DNA of 32,000 nucleotides from an uncultured archaeon (GCA_964551375.1 CAZKBG010000001.1:270001-302000); one strand, 5' to 3'; numbered from the stretch's first letter, positions 8,948-16,981 are shown. The notes: generated by a model not told the origin, from the sequence alone. A program made the numbers and translations.

Positions 8948-8972
8948 AAACAAAAACAAGCGCATTGTATTA

Positions 8973-9671
8973 ATGAATGATAAGGTTATCCTTGACGACA
9001 GAAGCTTTAAGGCTTTGAGCGCGGATTCAAGAGTAAGCATACTAAAAAGCCTTGGCGAGCGAAGACGCACGCTTAGCGAACTTAGCACAAAACTTAACCT
9101 TGGAAACTCGACAGTAAAAGAACACTGCGACATTTTAATTGATGCTGAACTGATTAAGCAGATTGATGAAGGAAGAAAATGGAAATATTACGAATTAACT
9201 TCAAAAGGAAAACAAATTGTTTCGCCTAATTTATTTGATGAAGTCAAAGTCTTAATCGTGCTCTGCTTAGGCGCGGTTTTATTTGGCGGATTTATTATAA
9301 TGATGCTTCAAACCACAATGCTTGGAGCAAGCTCAGGCTCGGCTACGATGGATAAATTTTCTGCAAAAGAAGCATACAATGCGCAGGTGATTTATACAAA
9401 TAACATCGAGGCGCCTGATAATTCAAAAGTTCTTGCCACACAAGCAAGCGGGATGACAAGCGCTCAAATTAGGGACGCTAATGATTTGAATGCACTGCCT
9501 GAAGCGACAGGAGAGATAAAAACTGCTCCAGTTCCATATAACGGCGATGCATACGCGCAGTGCACAATACAGCAAACTCCTTCAACAAGCGTTGAATTTT
9601 ACATTGCAAGCATAGTGCTTGCGCTAATCTTCGGATTATTCATCGGGTGGATATTCACAAGAAGAGCATAG
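8973..9671 (+). CDS. Membrane-tethered ArsR-family winged-HTH regulator
   Basis: FKALSADSRVSILKSLGERRRTLSELSTKLNLGNSTVKEHCDILIDAELIK...KWKYYELTSKG is an ArsR-type HTH. It is followed by TM1 (VKVLIVLCLGAVLFGGFIIMML), a ~90-aa polar loop and TM2 (FYIASIVLALIFGLFIGWIF). I chose the start at ATG 8973 (MNDKVILDD) because the 8913 start overlaps the upstream gene. Confidence 0.85.
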   Translation: MNDKVILDDRSFKALSADSRVSILKSLGERRRTLSELSTKLNLGNSTVKEHCDILIDAELIKQIDEGRKWKYYELTSKGKQIVSPNLFDEVKVLIVLCLGAVLFGGFIIMMLQTTMLGASSGSATMDKFSAKEAYNAQVIYTNNIEAPDNSKVLATQASGMTSAQIRDANDLNALPEATGEIKTAPVPYNGDAYAQCTIQQTPSTSVEFYIASIVLALIFGLFIGWIFTRRA

Positions 9672-9728
9672 CAAATTCAACTTAATAATATTCAGCACAA
9701 AAGAAACTAAAATTAGATTAAAAAAAAT

Positions 9729-10160
9729 CTACTTTAACATGCCAATTACAAAAATTATAATAAGCACAATAATTTCAACTATTATCCCAATAACCAGCAG
9801 CCCGCCAAGCATTTCAATTGAGAAAGTTTTCTTTTCAGCAAGCGGGTTTTCTGAAGGAGCGATTATTGAGTCATCTTTTTCTTTTAAATCATCAAAACCT
9901 TCAATCTCGCCCTCGGTTTTTGTTTCAGTCGCAATAACAGATAAACTTTTTCCAGATTTTTCAACGGTTTTGGACTTAGATTTAGCCACAACTTTTCCGC
10001 CAACTTCCTGAGTGGTTGTTGAAACGGTTGTCTTCTCAAAAGAAGGAGAACTTTCAGCGCTTTTAGGCTTATCTTTGCCTTCAAGCTCAAGCGCAATTTT
10101 AGCAGCCGCCATGAAGTTGTTCTTCTTTTTCTTAACCTGCTTTTTCTTTTTTATTGGCAT
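9729..10160 (-). CDS. Hypothetical tail-anchored protein with poly-Lys N-terminus
   Basis: MPIKKKKQVKKKKNN..., then a polar K/S/T/E region and a C-terminal TM (LGGLLVIGIIVEIIVLIIIFVIGML). I chose the start at 10160 because a minus-strand TATA (gtatttaag, 10183-10191) lies about 27 nt upstream. The track start at 10226 would place the TATA inside the gene. Confidence 0.65.
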   Translation of the reverse strand: MPIKKKKQVKKKKNNFMAAAKIALELEGKDKPKSAESSPSFEKTTVSTTTQEVGGKVVAKSKSKTVEKSGKSLSVIATETKTEGEIEGFDDLKEKDDSIIAPSENPLAEKKTFSIEMLGGLLVIGIIVEIIVLIIIFVIGMLK

Positions 10161-10182
10161 AATAGAAACACTGCCAAACTCC

Positions 10183-10191
10183 CTTAAATAC
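10183..10191 (-). promoter_or_regulatory. TATA box for the 9729-10160 gene
   Basis: The plus strand reads cttaaatac, which is gtatttaag on the minus strand, centred about 27 nt upstream of the ATG at 10160. Confidence 0.4.
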
Positions 10192-10259
10192 ATTACGCTA
10201 AGACAAAAATTAAACCCGAAAAGCATTGGAATAAAAACACATTTACTTTGTCCTTTTAC

Positions 10260-11174
10260 ATGGATGAATATGATGTTGCAATTATCGGAGCGGGGCCCGG
10301 CGGGCTTACTGCGGGCATTTACTGCGCAAGATACGGACTAAAGACAGTAATTATTGAAAAGGGCATAACGGGCGGAACTGCAACACTCGCAAGCAGCATA
10401 CAAAACTACCCTGGATTTGAAGAAACAAGTGGAATCGAGCTGATGATGAAATTTGAAGAACAGGCGAAAAAAGCAGGCGCGACAATTGAAAATGAATCGG
10501 TGGCAAAGATAATTGACAAAGGCAAATCAAAGGAAATACAACTGCAGGAAAAGACAATAAAATCAAAAGTAGTTATTGTGGCGGTTGGAGCAAAAAGCAA
10601 GTGGCTCAAAGTCAAGGGCGAAAAGGAGTTTTTGAACAAAGGAGTTCATTTCTGCGCAACATGCGACGGACCAATGTACAGCGGAAAGGACACTATAGTA
10701 ATAGGCTCTGACAATAGAGCGGCTGATGAGGCAATTTATCTTTCAACAGTGACAAAAAAATCAATGCTAATCAGCCCAAAAAAAGAGCTTACTGCTGATG
10801 CTGCAAAGCAGAAGGCGCTGGCTGACAAAAAAATTGAAATTATGCTTGGCGCAAACGTTTTGAGATTTGAAGGAAAAGAAATGCTTGAAACTGTGGTTAT
10901 AAAAACAGCTGAAGGCAAGGAAAAGAAACTTTCATGCTCAGGGGCGTTTGTTTACATTGGATCTGATCCAAATACTGAATTTGTTAATGTAAAAAAAGAC
11001 GCGGAAGGAAGAATAATTGTAAATTCATCAATGGAGACTAATGTAAAAGGAATACTTGCCTGCGGGGACTGCATTAAAAAAGAACTTTACCAAATAGCCA
11101 CTTGTGTTGGAGAAGGGGCAACAGCGGCATTTATAGCATCACGATACATCCACCACGAAACAGGAAATGAATAA
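10260..11174 (+). CDS. trxB: Thioredoxin-reductase-family flavoprotein (CATC redox centre) with degenerate NADPH-binding motifs
   Basis: YDVAIIGAGPGGLTAGIY (FAD GxGxxG), HFCATCDGP (redox disulfide) and C-terminal GILACGDC. The second dinucleotide motif reads IVIGSDNRAADEA, and the HRRxxxR position reads LISPKKELTAD. The ATG at 10260 is preferred over the TTG at 10248. Confidence 0.9.
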   Translation: MDEYDVAIIGAGPGGLTAGIYCARYGLKTVIIEKGITGGTATLASSIQNYPGFEETSGIELMMKFEEQAKKAGATIENESVAKIIDKGKSKEIQLQEKTIKSKVVIVAVGAKSKWLKVKGEKEFLNKGVHFCATCDGPMYSGKDTIVIGSDNRAADEAIYLSTVTKKSMLISPKKELTADAAKQKALADKKIEIMLGANVLRFEGKEMLETVVIKTAEGKEKKLSCSGAFVYIGSDPNTEFVNVKKDAEGRIIVNSSMETNVKGILACGDCIKKELYQIATCVGEGATAAFIASRYIHHETGNE

Positions 11175-11177
11175 AGC

Positions 11178-11681
11178 ATGAAAACGGAAAATTTATTTCC
11201 AAAAAACAAAAAACAATTTCTTAATTTAATCAAATTTTACAAAACCCTTGCTCCTTTGCTAAAAAAAGCACAAATAAATCCAATTGCGACTGGGAGTCTG
11301 GCTTATTTTATTTATACACAGGACAAAAATACAAAAATAAATGATTTTGATTTCTTAATTCCTCAAAAAAAGCTCCGCCCGCTTATCCTTGCGCTTTTCA
11401 AAGTCAAAATTAAATGCAAATATTTAGATGATTGGAAAAGCATTGAAGTTATGTCCGGGAAATTAAAAATTGATTTTGATTCGTTTGAAAGATATTACAA
11501 AGGCAAGGGCAAAATATTCCAAAACGCAAGCATTCAAAACACCAAAATCAGATTAATTGGGCTTGATGCATTAATAGAAGCTTATAAATTTGCGGCAAGA
11601 GCATCAAACGACAAACCAGCCGAACACAAAAATAAATTTGAGAAACTTGTTGTGTTAAAAAAAGTCAAAAAGCAGCAATAA
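11178..11681 (+). CDS. Hypothetical protein, minimal nucleotidyltransferase (Pol-beta superfamily)-like
   Basis: ATGSLAYFIYTQDKNTKINDFDFLI fits G-S-x(n)-D-x-D, and a further acidic pair follows later (KIDFDSF). The ORF starts 3 nt after the trxB stop. Confidence 0.6.
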   Translation: MKTENLFPKNKKQFLNLIKFYKTLAPLLKKAQINPIATGSLAYFIYTQDKNTKINDFDFLIPQKKLRPLILALFKVKIKCKYLDDWKSIEVMSGKLKIDFDSFERYYKGKGKIFQNASIQNTKIRLIGLDALIEAYKFAARASNDKPAEHKNKFEKLVVLKKVKKQQ

Positions 11682-11692
11682 GCACTGCTTTT
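11668..11692 (+). terminator. Hairpin spanning the stop codon of the 11178-11681 gene
   Basis: aaaagcag (11668-11675) pairs perfectly with ctgctttt (11685-11692) across a 9-nt loop, followed by T-rich sequence. Confidence 0.45.
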
Positions 11693-11733
11693 GATTATTT
11701 ATTTTAATTATTTACCCGCGTTACTTTTCAAAA

Positions 11734-12240
11734 TTACTTTTTCTTTTCCACTCGTTTCGCAATGAAATCCTTTGCCTTAGCGTCATAATCAATCTCTACT
11801 CCGCGAAGCATTCTCTCCACGCGCGGGATTGAAAGAACCGAAATTGTTTTTGAATTTTTTTTGGCTTCAACTGCAACTTCTTCTTTTTCTTTCTTATCAG
11901 CAGCCTGGAAGTCAAATTCCCCGCCAAATACCTGCGCAATTCTGATGAATTTGCTTTTCCCTATTCTTTTCTCAAGCTCTGCGAAAGCTTTTTTTGTAAA
12001 AGCCATTTTTGGCATCTTTTCATATTCATTAATTCTTTTATTTGCCGCTTTTACCAAATCATCAACATCTTTTTTGCTCATTCCGTGAGCAAGGCACCCC
12101 TGCTCAAGAGATTCATAAGCTGAAACGTGGCATCCAATGCAATGAAGACCTGCTTGGGCAAGCACAGGAGCAATTTCAGGATAAACCCCAATTACATCCC
12201 CCAAAATATCAGTTTTCTTTAATCCAACAGATTTAGCCAT
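11734..12240 (-). CDS. DUF1858-type redox-disulfide domain protein with HesB/IscA-like C-terminal domain
   Basis: TDILGDVIGVYPEIAPVLAQAGLHCIGCHVSAYESLEQGCLAHGM matches the hybrid-cluster-protein-associated redox disulfide domain as I recall it. The C-terminal part (FIRIAQVFGGEFDFQ...LRGVEIDYD) is HesB-like but lacks the C-terminal Cys motif. The start at 12240 (MAKSVG) has GGTGAT 8 nt upstream. Confidence 0.7.
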   Translation of the reverse strand: MAKSVGLKKTDILGDVIGVYPEIAPVLAQAGLHCIGCHVSAYESLEQGCLAHGMSKKDVDDLVKAANKRINEYEKMPKMAFTKKAFAELEKRIGKSKFIRIAQVFGGEFDFQAADKKEKEEVAVEAKKNSKTISVLSIPRVERMLRGVEIDYDAKAKDFIAKRVEKKK

Positions 12241-12330
12241 ACAGTTATCACCAAACAAATCCAATAAATGAAGATATTTTCATATGTGTTTATAAATGCT
12301 TTGAAAAACTAAAAAAATCCAAAAAAATCT

Positions 12331-12996
12331 TCACTTAAACCCAATCTTCGGGCACAGCTTTTTTGCATTCAAAAAGCACTCTTTGCAATTTGGATTTCTT
12401 GCTGTGCAAATTGCGCGGCCGTGAGAAATAAACAGCCCGTTAATTTCAGCCCAAACACTTTTATCAAAAATTTCCATTAAATCAATTTCAATTTTATCCT
12501 GCGCATCAAATTTAGTAAATCCAAGACGCTGGGCAAGACGCCATACGTGAGTATCCACCGCAATCCCATGAACTATGCCTTTACTCGCAAGAACTAAATT
12601 CGCTGTTTTCCTCCCAACACCCGGAAGCGCAATAAGAGCGCTCATATTCAACGGAATTTTGCCTCCATGCGAGTTGCGGATTATTTTAAAGCATTCAATT
12701 ACTCTCTTTGCTTTCTGCTTATAGTACCCAGTCGGTTTTATTTCAGCCTCAAAAGTTTTCAAATTAGCATCTGCAAAATCATTTACTGATTTGTATTTTT
12801 TAAAAAGCACTTTGGTTACTTTATTCACCTGCGCATCAGTGCTCTGCGCAGAAAGTATTATTGCGCAAAGCATCTGCGCATCAGTTTTATAATCCAAAAA
12901 AAGCATTGGAACAAGTGAATAATTATTTTTTAGCGCAAAATAAACTTTTTCAGCCCGTTTTTTCATTTGAACTCCGCTTTCAGCCATAAAACCCAC
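12331..12996 (-). CDS. nth: Endonuclease III (HhH-GPD DNA glycosylase/AP lyase)
   Basis: HhH motif LIALPGVGRKTANLVL, the VDTHV motif, and a C-terminal 4-Cys cluster (CTARNPNCKECFLNAKKLC). Confidence 0.93.
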   Translation of the reverse strand: MGFMAESGVQMKKRAEKVYFALKNNYSLVPMLFLDYKTDAQMLCAIILSAQSTDAQVNKVTKVLFKKYKSVNDFADANLKTFEAEIKPTGYYKQKAKRVIECFKIIRNSHGGKIPLNMSALIALPGVGRKTANLVLASKGIVHGIAVDTHVWRLAQRLGFTKFDAQDKIEIDLMEIFDKSVWAEINGLFISHGRAICTARNPNCKECFLNAKKLCPKIGFK

Positions 12997-13004
12997 ACAA
13001 ACTA

Positions 13005-14081
13005 TTAGTATTCAAATAATTTTCTCTGAAGTCCTGTGTTTTGGTCAAAATTTGAAACTCTTACGCCGACTCTTCGCACCATTGACTGCGATTCCTGCAA
13101 AAATTCTTTTAATAACTCATACTCAATTGCCCTTAACTCATCTAAAGTCTCTATTGGCAAAGAATTTGTCCGAGATTTAGTGATTGTTTCCATTTTTTCA
13201 TTAACCACAATCAGCGAAACCGTTTTGAATCTCTTCTTCAAAGCCACAAGCTCCTTGTGCAACAGCTCTGAAAGAAAATCAATATTCTGCTTCACAAAAT
13301 CAAAATCCCTTGAATCGGATTTAATAGTAATCATCCTTGAAAGCTGCTGCTTTTCCCTATTAGGCTCAACCTCGCGCTCATCAATTCCAAAAGCAAAATC
13401 ATAAAACTTTGAGCCGTTTGCTTCCCCAAACCACTCAATCAGCTCGTTTTTATTAAATTTTTTAATATCAGAAACAGCAAGTATGTTGTGTTTCTTAAAA
13501 ATCTCATCGCTCTTTGGGCCAACTCCGTGCAGAGCGGACACTTTCTGCTTTGAAATAAATGAATCTATTTCATTTTGTTTTACAATAAAAAACCCGTCAG
13601 GCTTTTTTACTGACGCGCCCATTTTCGCAAGCAATTTATTCACGCTCAACCCAATACTGCAAGTGAGTCCAAGCTCCGCTTTTATCCTCTGCTTTATTTT
13701 AAGGCATGTTTCTTCAGCTTTTTCAAAACCGCTGGGATTAGTCAAATCAAAATAAGCCTCATCAACAGAAACCTGCTCGACTTTATCGCAAAAGAAATCC
13801 ACGATTTCAAAAACTTTCTGGCTGATTTCTTCATAATATGGCTTATCAGCATTAATGAAAACAGTTTCAGAATTTGAAAGTTTTTTAGCTAAACTTAAAG
13901 GCATTCCTGATTTTATTTTAAGCGCCCTTGCCTCATAATTACAGGTCGCAATTGCCCCTGAATTTTCCCTTAGAGAAGGCATGACAATTACAACAGGCTT
14001 TCCCCTGATTTGCGGTTTTCTCAAAATCTCGCATTGAGCGTAAAAATAATCCAAATCAAGCAATCCAATTATTCGCTGCAT
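13005..14081 (-). CDS. dinB: Y-family DNA polymerase IV (DinB/Dpo4)
   Basis: IIGLLDLDYFYAQCE, QVSVDEAYFDLT and SIGLSVNKLLAKMGA. The start is taken at MQRIIG (14081). The gene stops 8 nt before the nth start. Confidence 0.93.
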   Translation of the reverse strand: MQRIIGLLDLDYFYAQCEILRKPQIRGKPVVIVMPSLRENSGAIATCNYEARALKIKSGMPLSLAKKLSNSETVFINADKPYYEEISQKVFEIVDFFCDKVEQVSVDEAYFDLTNPSGFEKAEETCLKIKQRIKAELGLTCSIGLSVNKLLAKMGASVKKPDGFFIVKQNEIDSFISKQKVSALHGVGPKSDEIFKKHNILAVSDIKKFNKNELIEWFGEANGSKFYDFAFGIDEREVEPNREKQQLSRMITIKSDSRDFDFVKQNIDFLSELLHKELVALKKRFKTVSLIVVNEKMETITKSRTNSLPIETLDELRAIEYELLKEFLQESQSMVRRVGVRVSNFDQNTGLQRKLFEY

Positions 14082-14160
14082 AAAAATGACTCTATTGGAA
14101 GAGCTTTTAACCATTCCCAAAAATAACAGAAGTAAGCAAATAACAACAGCAGGCGTGAAA

Positions 14161-14979
14161 ATGAAAAAAGCTCAAAAAGAAAAACTTGTCAAAGAACTTT
14201 ATGAAAAGTACCCTTACCCAAACCGCGCGCATGTAAATCCAAACGAAATAACTTACTTTGCGCAGTGGGTGGCAAAGACTTTTGGAGAAGATAAAGAATA
14301 CTGGAAAGGAAAAACAGTGCTTGAGCTTGGATGCGGGACAGGAGAACTTGCAAGCGCGCTCGCATTAAGCGGAGCAAATGTTACAGCAGTTGATTTTAGC
14401 TCAAGCTCAATAAAACACGCCAAAATTCTTTCAAAAAAACTCCGCACAACAGGAAAAACAAAATTTATTGAAAAAAATATTCTTTTACTCAAAGAAGATG
14501 AATTTGGAAAGGGGAAAAAGTTTGATGTAGTAATTGCCCTTGGCTCGCTTCACCACACAATTGACGCATTTAAGGGATTTGAAATCGCATGCAAATACAC
14601 TAAACCAAACGGGCTTGTAATAATAGGGCTCTATAATAAATATGCAAGATTTAGGCATCTTGTAAAGAGAAGCTTTCTTAGAGTATTGGCTGGAAATGAT
14701 ATTGAAAAGAGAATCAAAGTAGGCGAAAAGCTGTTTGGAAAAAAAGAAAGCGGACAAATGGGCTCAAAATCATGGGCGGCTGACAAGTACGGACAAGTGC
14801 ATGAATCAACCCATTCAGTTGGAGAAGTGCTCCACTGGTTTAAAGAAGAAGGAATTGAATTTATCTCCTCAAAGCCAAAATTTGAACTTGCGGTAATTGA
14901 CGAACTGAGATGGCTTCTTGAGAAAAGAGGCGCGTTTTTTGTAATGGCGGGGAAGAAGAATAAAAAAGCCAAGAATTAG
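14161..14979 (+). CDS. Class I SAM-dependent methyltransferase
   Basis: Motif I is VLELGCGTGELASALALSGANVTAVDFS and the post-I/II region is FDVVIALGSLHH. The start at 14161 (MKKAQ) is preferred because it avoids overlapping the divergent dinB promoter region; 14086 remains possible. Confidence 0.88.
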   Translation: MKKAQKEKLVKELYEKYPYPNRAHVNPNEITYFAQWVAKTFGEDKEYWKGKTVLELGCGTGELASALALSGANVTAVDFSSSSIKHAKILSKKLRTTGKTKFIEKNILLLKEDEFGKGKKFDVVIALGSLHHTIDAFKGFEIACKYTKPNGLVIIGLYNKYARFRHLVKRSFLRVLAGNDIEKRIKVGEKLFGKKESGQMGSKSWAADKYGQVHESTHSVGEVLHWFKEEGIEFISSKPKFELAVIDELRWLLEKRGAFFVMAGKKNKKAKN

Positions 14980-15004
14980 TTTCCTTTAAATTTAGAAACT
15001 TTTA

Positions 15005-16789
15005 TTACTCAATATATCCGCCTTTTTGCATGTTCCAAAGCTTTTTGTATAAACCATCCTGCTTGATTAAATCATTATGCTTTCCAATTGCCACAATTTT
15101 TCCCTTGCTGAGCACTACAATCTTATCCGCGCTCAAAATTGTCGACAAGCGGTGCGCAATCACAATAGTAGTTCTTCCTTTCATAAGGTTAAGAAGCGCT
15201 TTTTGAATCTGGCTTTCAGTAACTGAGTCAAGCGAAGAAGTAGCTTCATCAAGAATTAATATTTTTTTATTTGCGAGGACTGCTCTTGCAATAGAAAGCC
15301 TCTGCCTTTCCCCTCCTGAAAGCTTAATTCCCCTCTCCCCAACATAAGTATTCTCTTTTTCAGGCAGACTTTGAACAAACTCGTCCAGTTGAGCCGCTTT
15401 AAGCGCATTCATTACCTCAGATTTAGACGCATTATCCTTTGAGAAGGCAACATTATTCAAAATTGTGTCATTAAACATTATCCCTTCCTGAGGAACAATG
15501 CTTAATTCGCTCCTTAATGATTCCTGCTTTACTTCATTAATATTTTTCCCGTCAATAAAAATGCTTCCAGAATCAACATCATACAATCTGTAAAGAAGTT
15601 TAATTAGAGTTGTTTTCCCAGAGCCTGAGTAGCCCACAAAAGCAACTTTCTCGTTAGGATTTATTGAAAGAGAAAACTCGCTTATTACTTTCTTTTTATG
15701 ATAAGTGAATGAAATATCCCTAAACTCAATCTTCCCTTTCTTAACACGCATTTCTTTCGCATTAGGCTTGTCAGCAACGTCATTTTTCACTTTATCATAC
15801 TGTATAAGCGACTGAAAATCAGCCATTGCTTCATAAAAGCGCCTTATTCCAAACATGAACGCATACATGGGTTCTGCAACATTTGCATAAATTGTGTAAA
15901 CAAACGCAAGATCCCCAATTGAAAGCTCGCCGTTTAAAAATTTCACAAGCGGGAAGTACAATAAAAACGCAACTCCAATTCCAAAAATAATGCTCTGCCC
16001 CACTTCAACATAGCTTTCATAATCCCAGTTTATAATAAACTTTTTTGTGGAGGTTTGGGCGAGTTTTAAAAAAACCGAGCCAATCCTATCTTCCTTGCCA
16101 TAATATTTTACAGTGTCAATATTAGTGAAAACATCGCTGATTAAACCTTTTTCAGCATCATCAGCTTCGTTTGACTCAATCTTGGGCTTCTGCTGCTTTT
16201 GAGTGACAAACAAAACAAAAAGAATGAAAACAAACATTATGACAATTATTGTAATTGCAGAGAAGACATCAAAGTACAAAAGCGCGACGAACACCACTGA
16301 AAGCTGAATAACAAGCGGAATGCTGCTAAATACTATAAAATCAGTAATTCCTTCAATTGAGCGCGCGCCCCTTGTCATTCTTGCAATTAAAGTCCCCGTT
16401 CTGTTTGTAGTGTGGAATTTATGAGAAAGCCTCACTAAATAATCAAAATACTTTTTCTTCAAATCAAGAATTAATCTTCCATCAAGTCGGTTTAGGAAAT
16501 AATATCTCGCCCAATTGGATACTCCTTTTACCGCAACCACAATCGCATATGCAACCACCACTCCAAGAAGTATTTGGATTAATGCATTTTTTTCAAGAGT
16601 TCCTGAAACAAAACTTGCTCCATTATCAAGAATAATTTTGAACAAATATTTTTCGCCGACAATTGAAAGGCTTGCGAGAAGGACAAATAATGCTATTACC
16701 AAAAAATAAGCCCAGTAAGGCCTAGCAAGTTCGAAGTAATTTTTAAGATTCGCAATGAAATCAATCTTATTCTCTTCATTCCCAGGCAT
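15005..16789 (-). CDS. ABC exporter, fused permease/ATPase (MsbA/MDR-like half transporter)
   Basis: An N-terminal 6-TM domain is followed by Walker A (GYSGSGKTT), the signature LSGGERQR, Walker B (ILILDEATSSLD) and the H-loop (IAHRLST). Confidence 0.95.
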   Translation of the reverse strand: MPGNEENKIDFIANLKNYFELARPYWAYFLVIALFVLLASLSIVGEKYLFKIILDNGASFVSGTLEKNALIQILLGVVVAYAIVVAVKGVSNWARYYFLNRLDGRLILDLKKKYFDYLVRLSHKFHTTNRTGTLIARMTRGARSIEGITDFIVFSSIPLVIQLSVVFVALLYFDVFSAITIIVIMFVFILFVLFVTQKQQKPKIESNEADDAEKGLISDVFTNIDTVKYYGKEDRIGSVFLKLAQTSTKKFIINWDYESYVEVGQSIIFGIGVAFLLYFPLVKFLNGELSIGDLAFVYTIYANVAEPMYAFMFGIRRFYEAMADFQSLIQYDKVKNDVADKPNAKEMRVKKGKIEFRDISFTYHKKKVISEFSLSINPNEKVAFVGYSGSGKTTLIKLLYRLYDVDSGSIFIDGKNINEVKQESLRSELSIVPQEGIMFNDTILNNVAFSKDNASKSEVMNALKAAQLDEFVQSLPEKENTYVGERGIKLSGGERQRLSIARAVLANKKILILDEATSSLDSVTESQIQKALLNLMKGRTTIVIAHRLSTILSADKIVVLSKGKIVAIGKHNDLIKQDGLYKKLWNMQKGGYIE

Positions 16790-16857
16790 AAAGAAACACT
16801 AAATATTATCCCTTCCAATTGGTTAATAATTGTAATGAAAAATCAAAAGAGATAGTG

Positions 16858-16948
16858 TGTGTGAAAAAACCACACAATACCTTCACTTCACAATGCCCCT
16901 CTTAAAACAGCGCAAATGCCTGTTTTAAGCCAAAACAGAAAGGAGGGC
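16858..16948. other. Palindromic/structured element between divergent promoters (candidate sRNA or operator)
   Basis: cttaaaacag (16901-16910) and ctgttttaag (16920-16929) are perfect reverse complements with a 9-nt spacer. A third aaaacag (16932-16938) can pair with ctgtttt (16920-16926) instead. Outer gcccc (16895-16899) and gagggc (16943-16948) are partially complementary. A smaller tgtgtg/cacaca hairpin lies at 16858-16876. Confidence 0.3.
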
Positions 16949-16958
16949 AAAAGCACGC

Positions 16959-16981
16959 TTTAAATACATTTATAATAATAA
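16959..16981 (+). promoter_or_regulatory. TATA region upstream of the glutaredoxin-like gene
   Basis: tttaaatacatttataataataa contains two overlapping TATA-like boxes. The SD-like gaggtg at 17003-17008 precedes the ATG at 17018. Confidence 0.45.

Noticed and set aside
8913-8972. N-terminal extensions offered by the ORF track (8913 for the ArsR gene; likewise 10226, 10248, 12264, 14120, 14086, 17006, 25673, 27777, 27737 and 29306)
   Set aside because: The extensions overlap neighbouring genes or cover the predicted TATA boxes. They encode hydrophobic or low-complexity junk ahead of a Met that begins the conserved domain, often with a TATA box or SD-like sequence at the right distance. They remain alternative starts and are not excluded experimentally.
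13036-13755. Plus-strand ORFs of 122 aa and 90 aa inside dinB
   Set aside because: They are antisense to a gene with clear Y-family polymerase motifs and have low-complexity translations. I reject the following ORFs for the same reason: 22660-23268 (+) in scpA, 23757-24200 (-) in the KaiC-like gene, 24365-24727 (-) in the MBL gene, 14189-14972 (-) in the methyltransferase, 21161-21976 (-) in the surface-protein gene, 6086-7634 (+) in leuS, and 9739-10341 (+) / 9884-10096 (-) around the tail-anchored gene.
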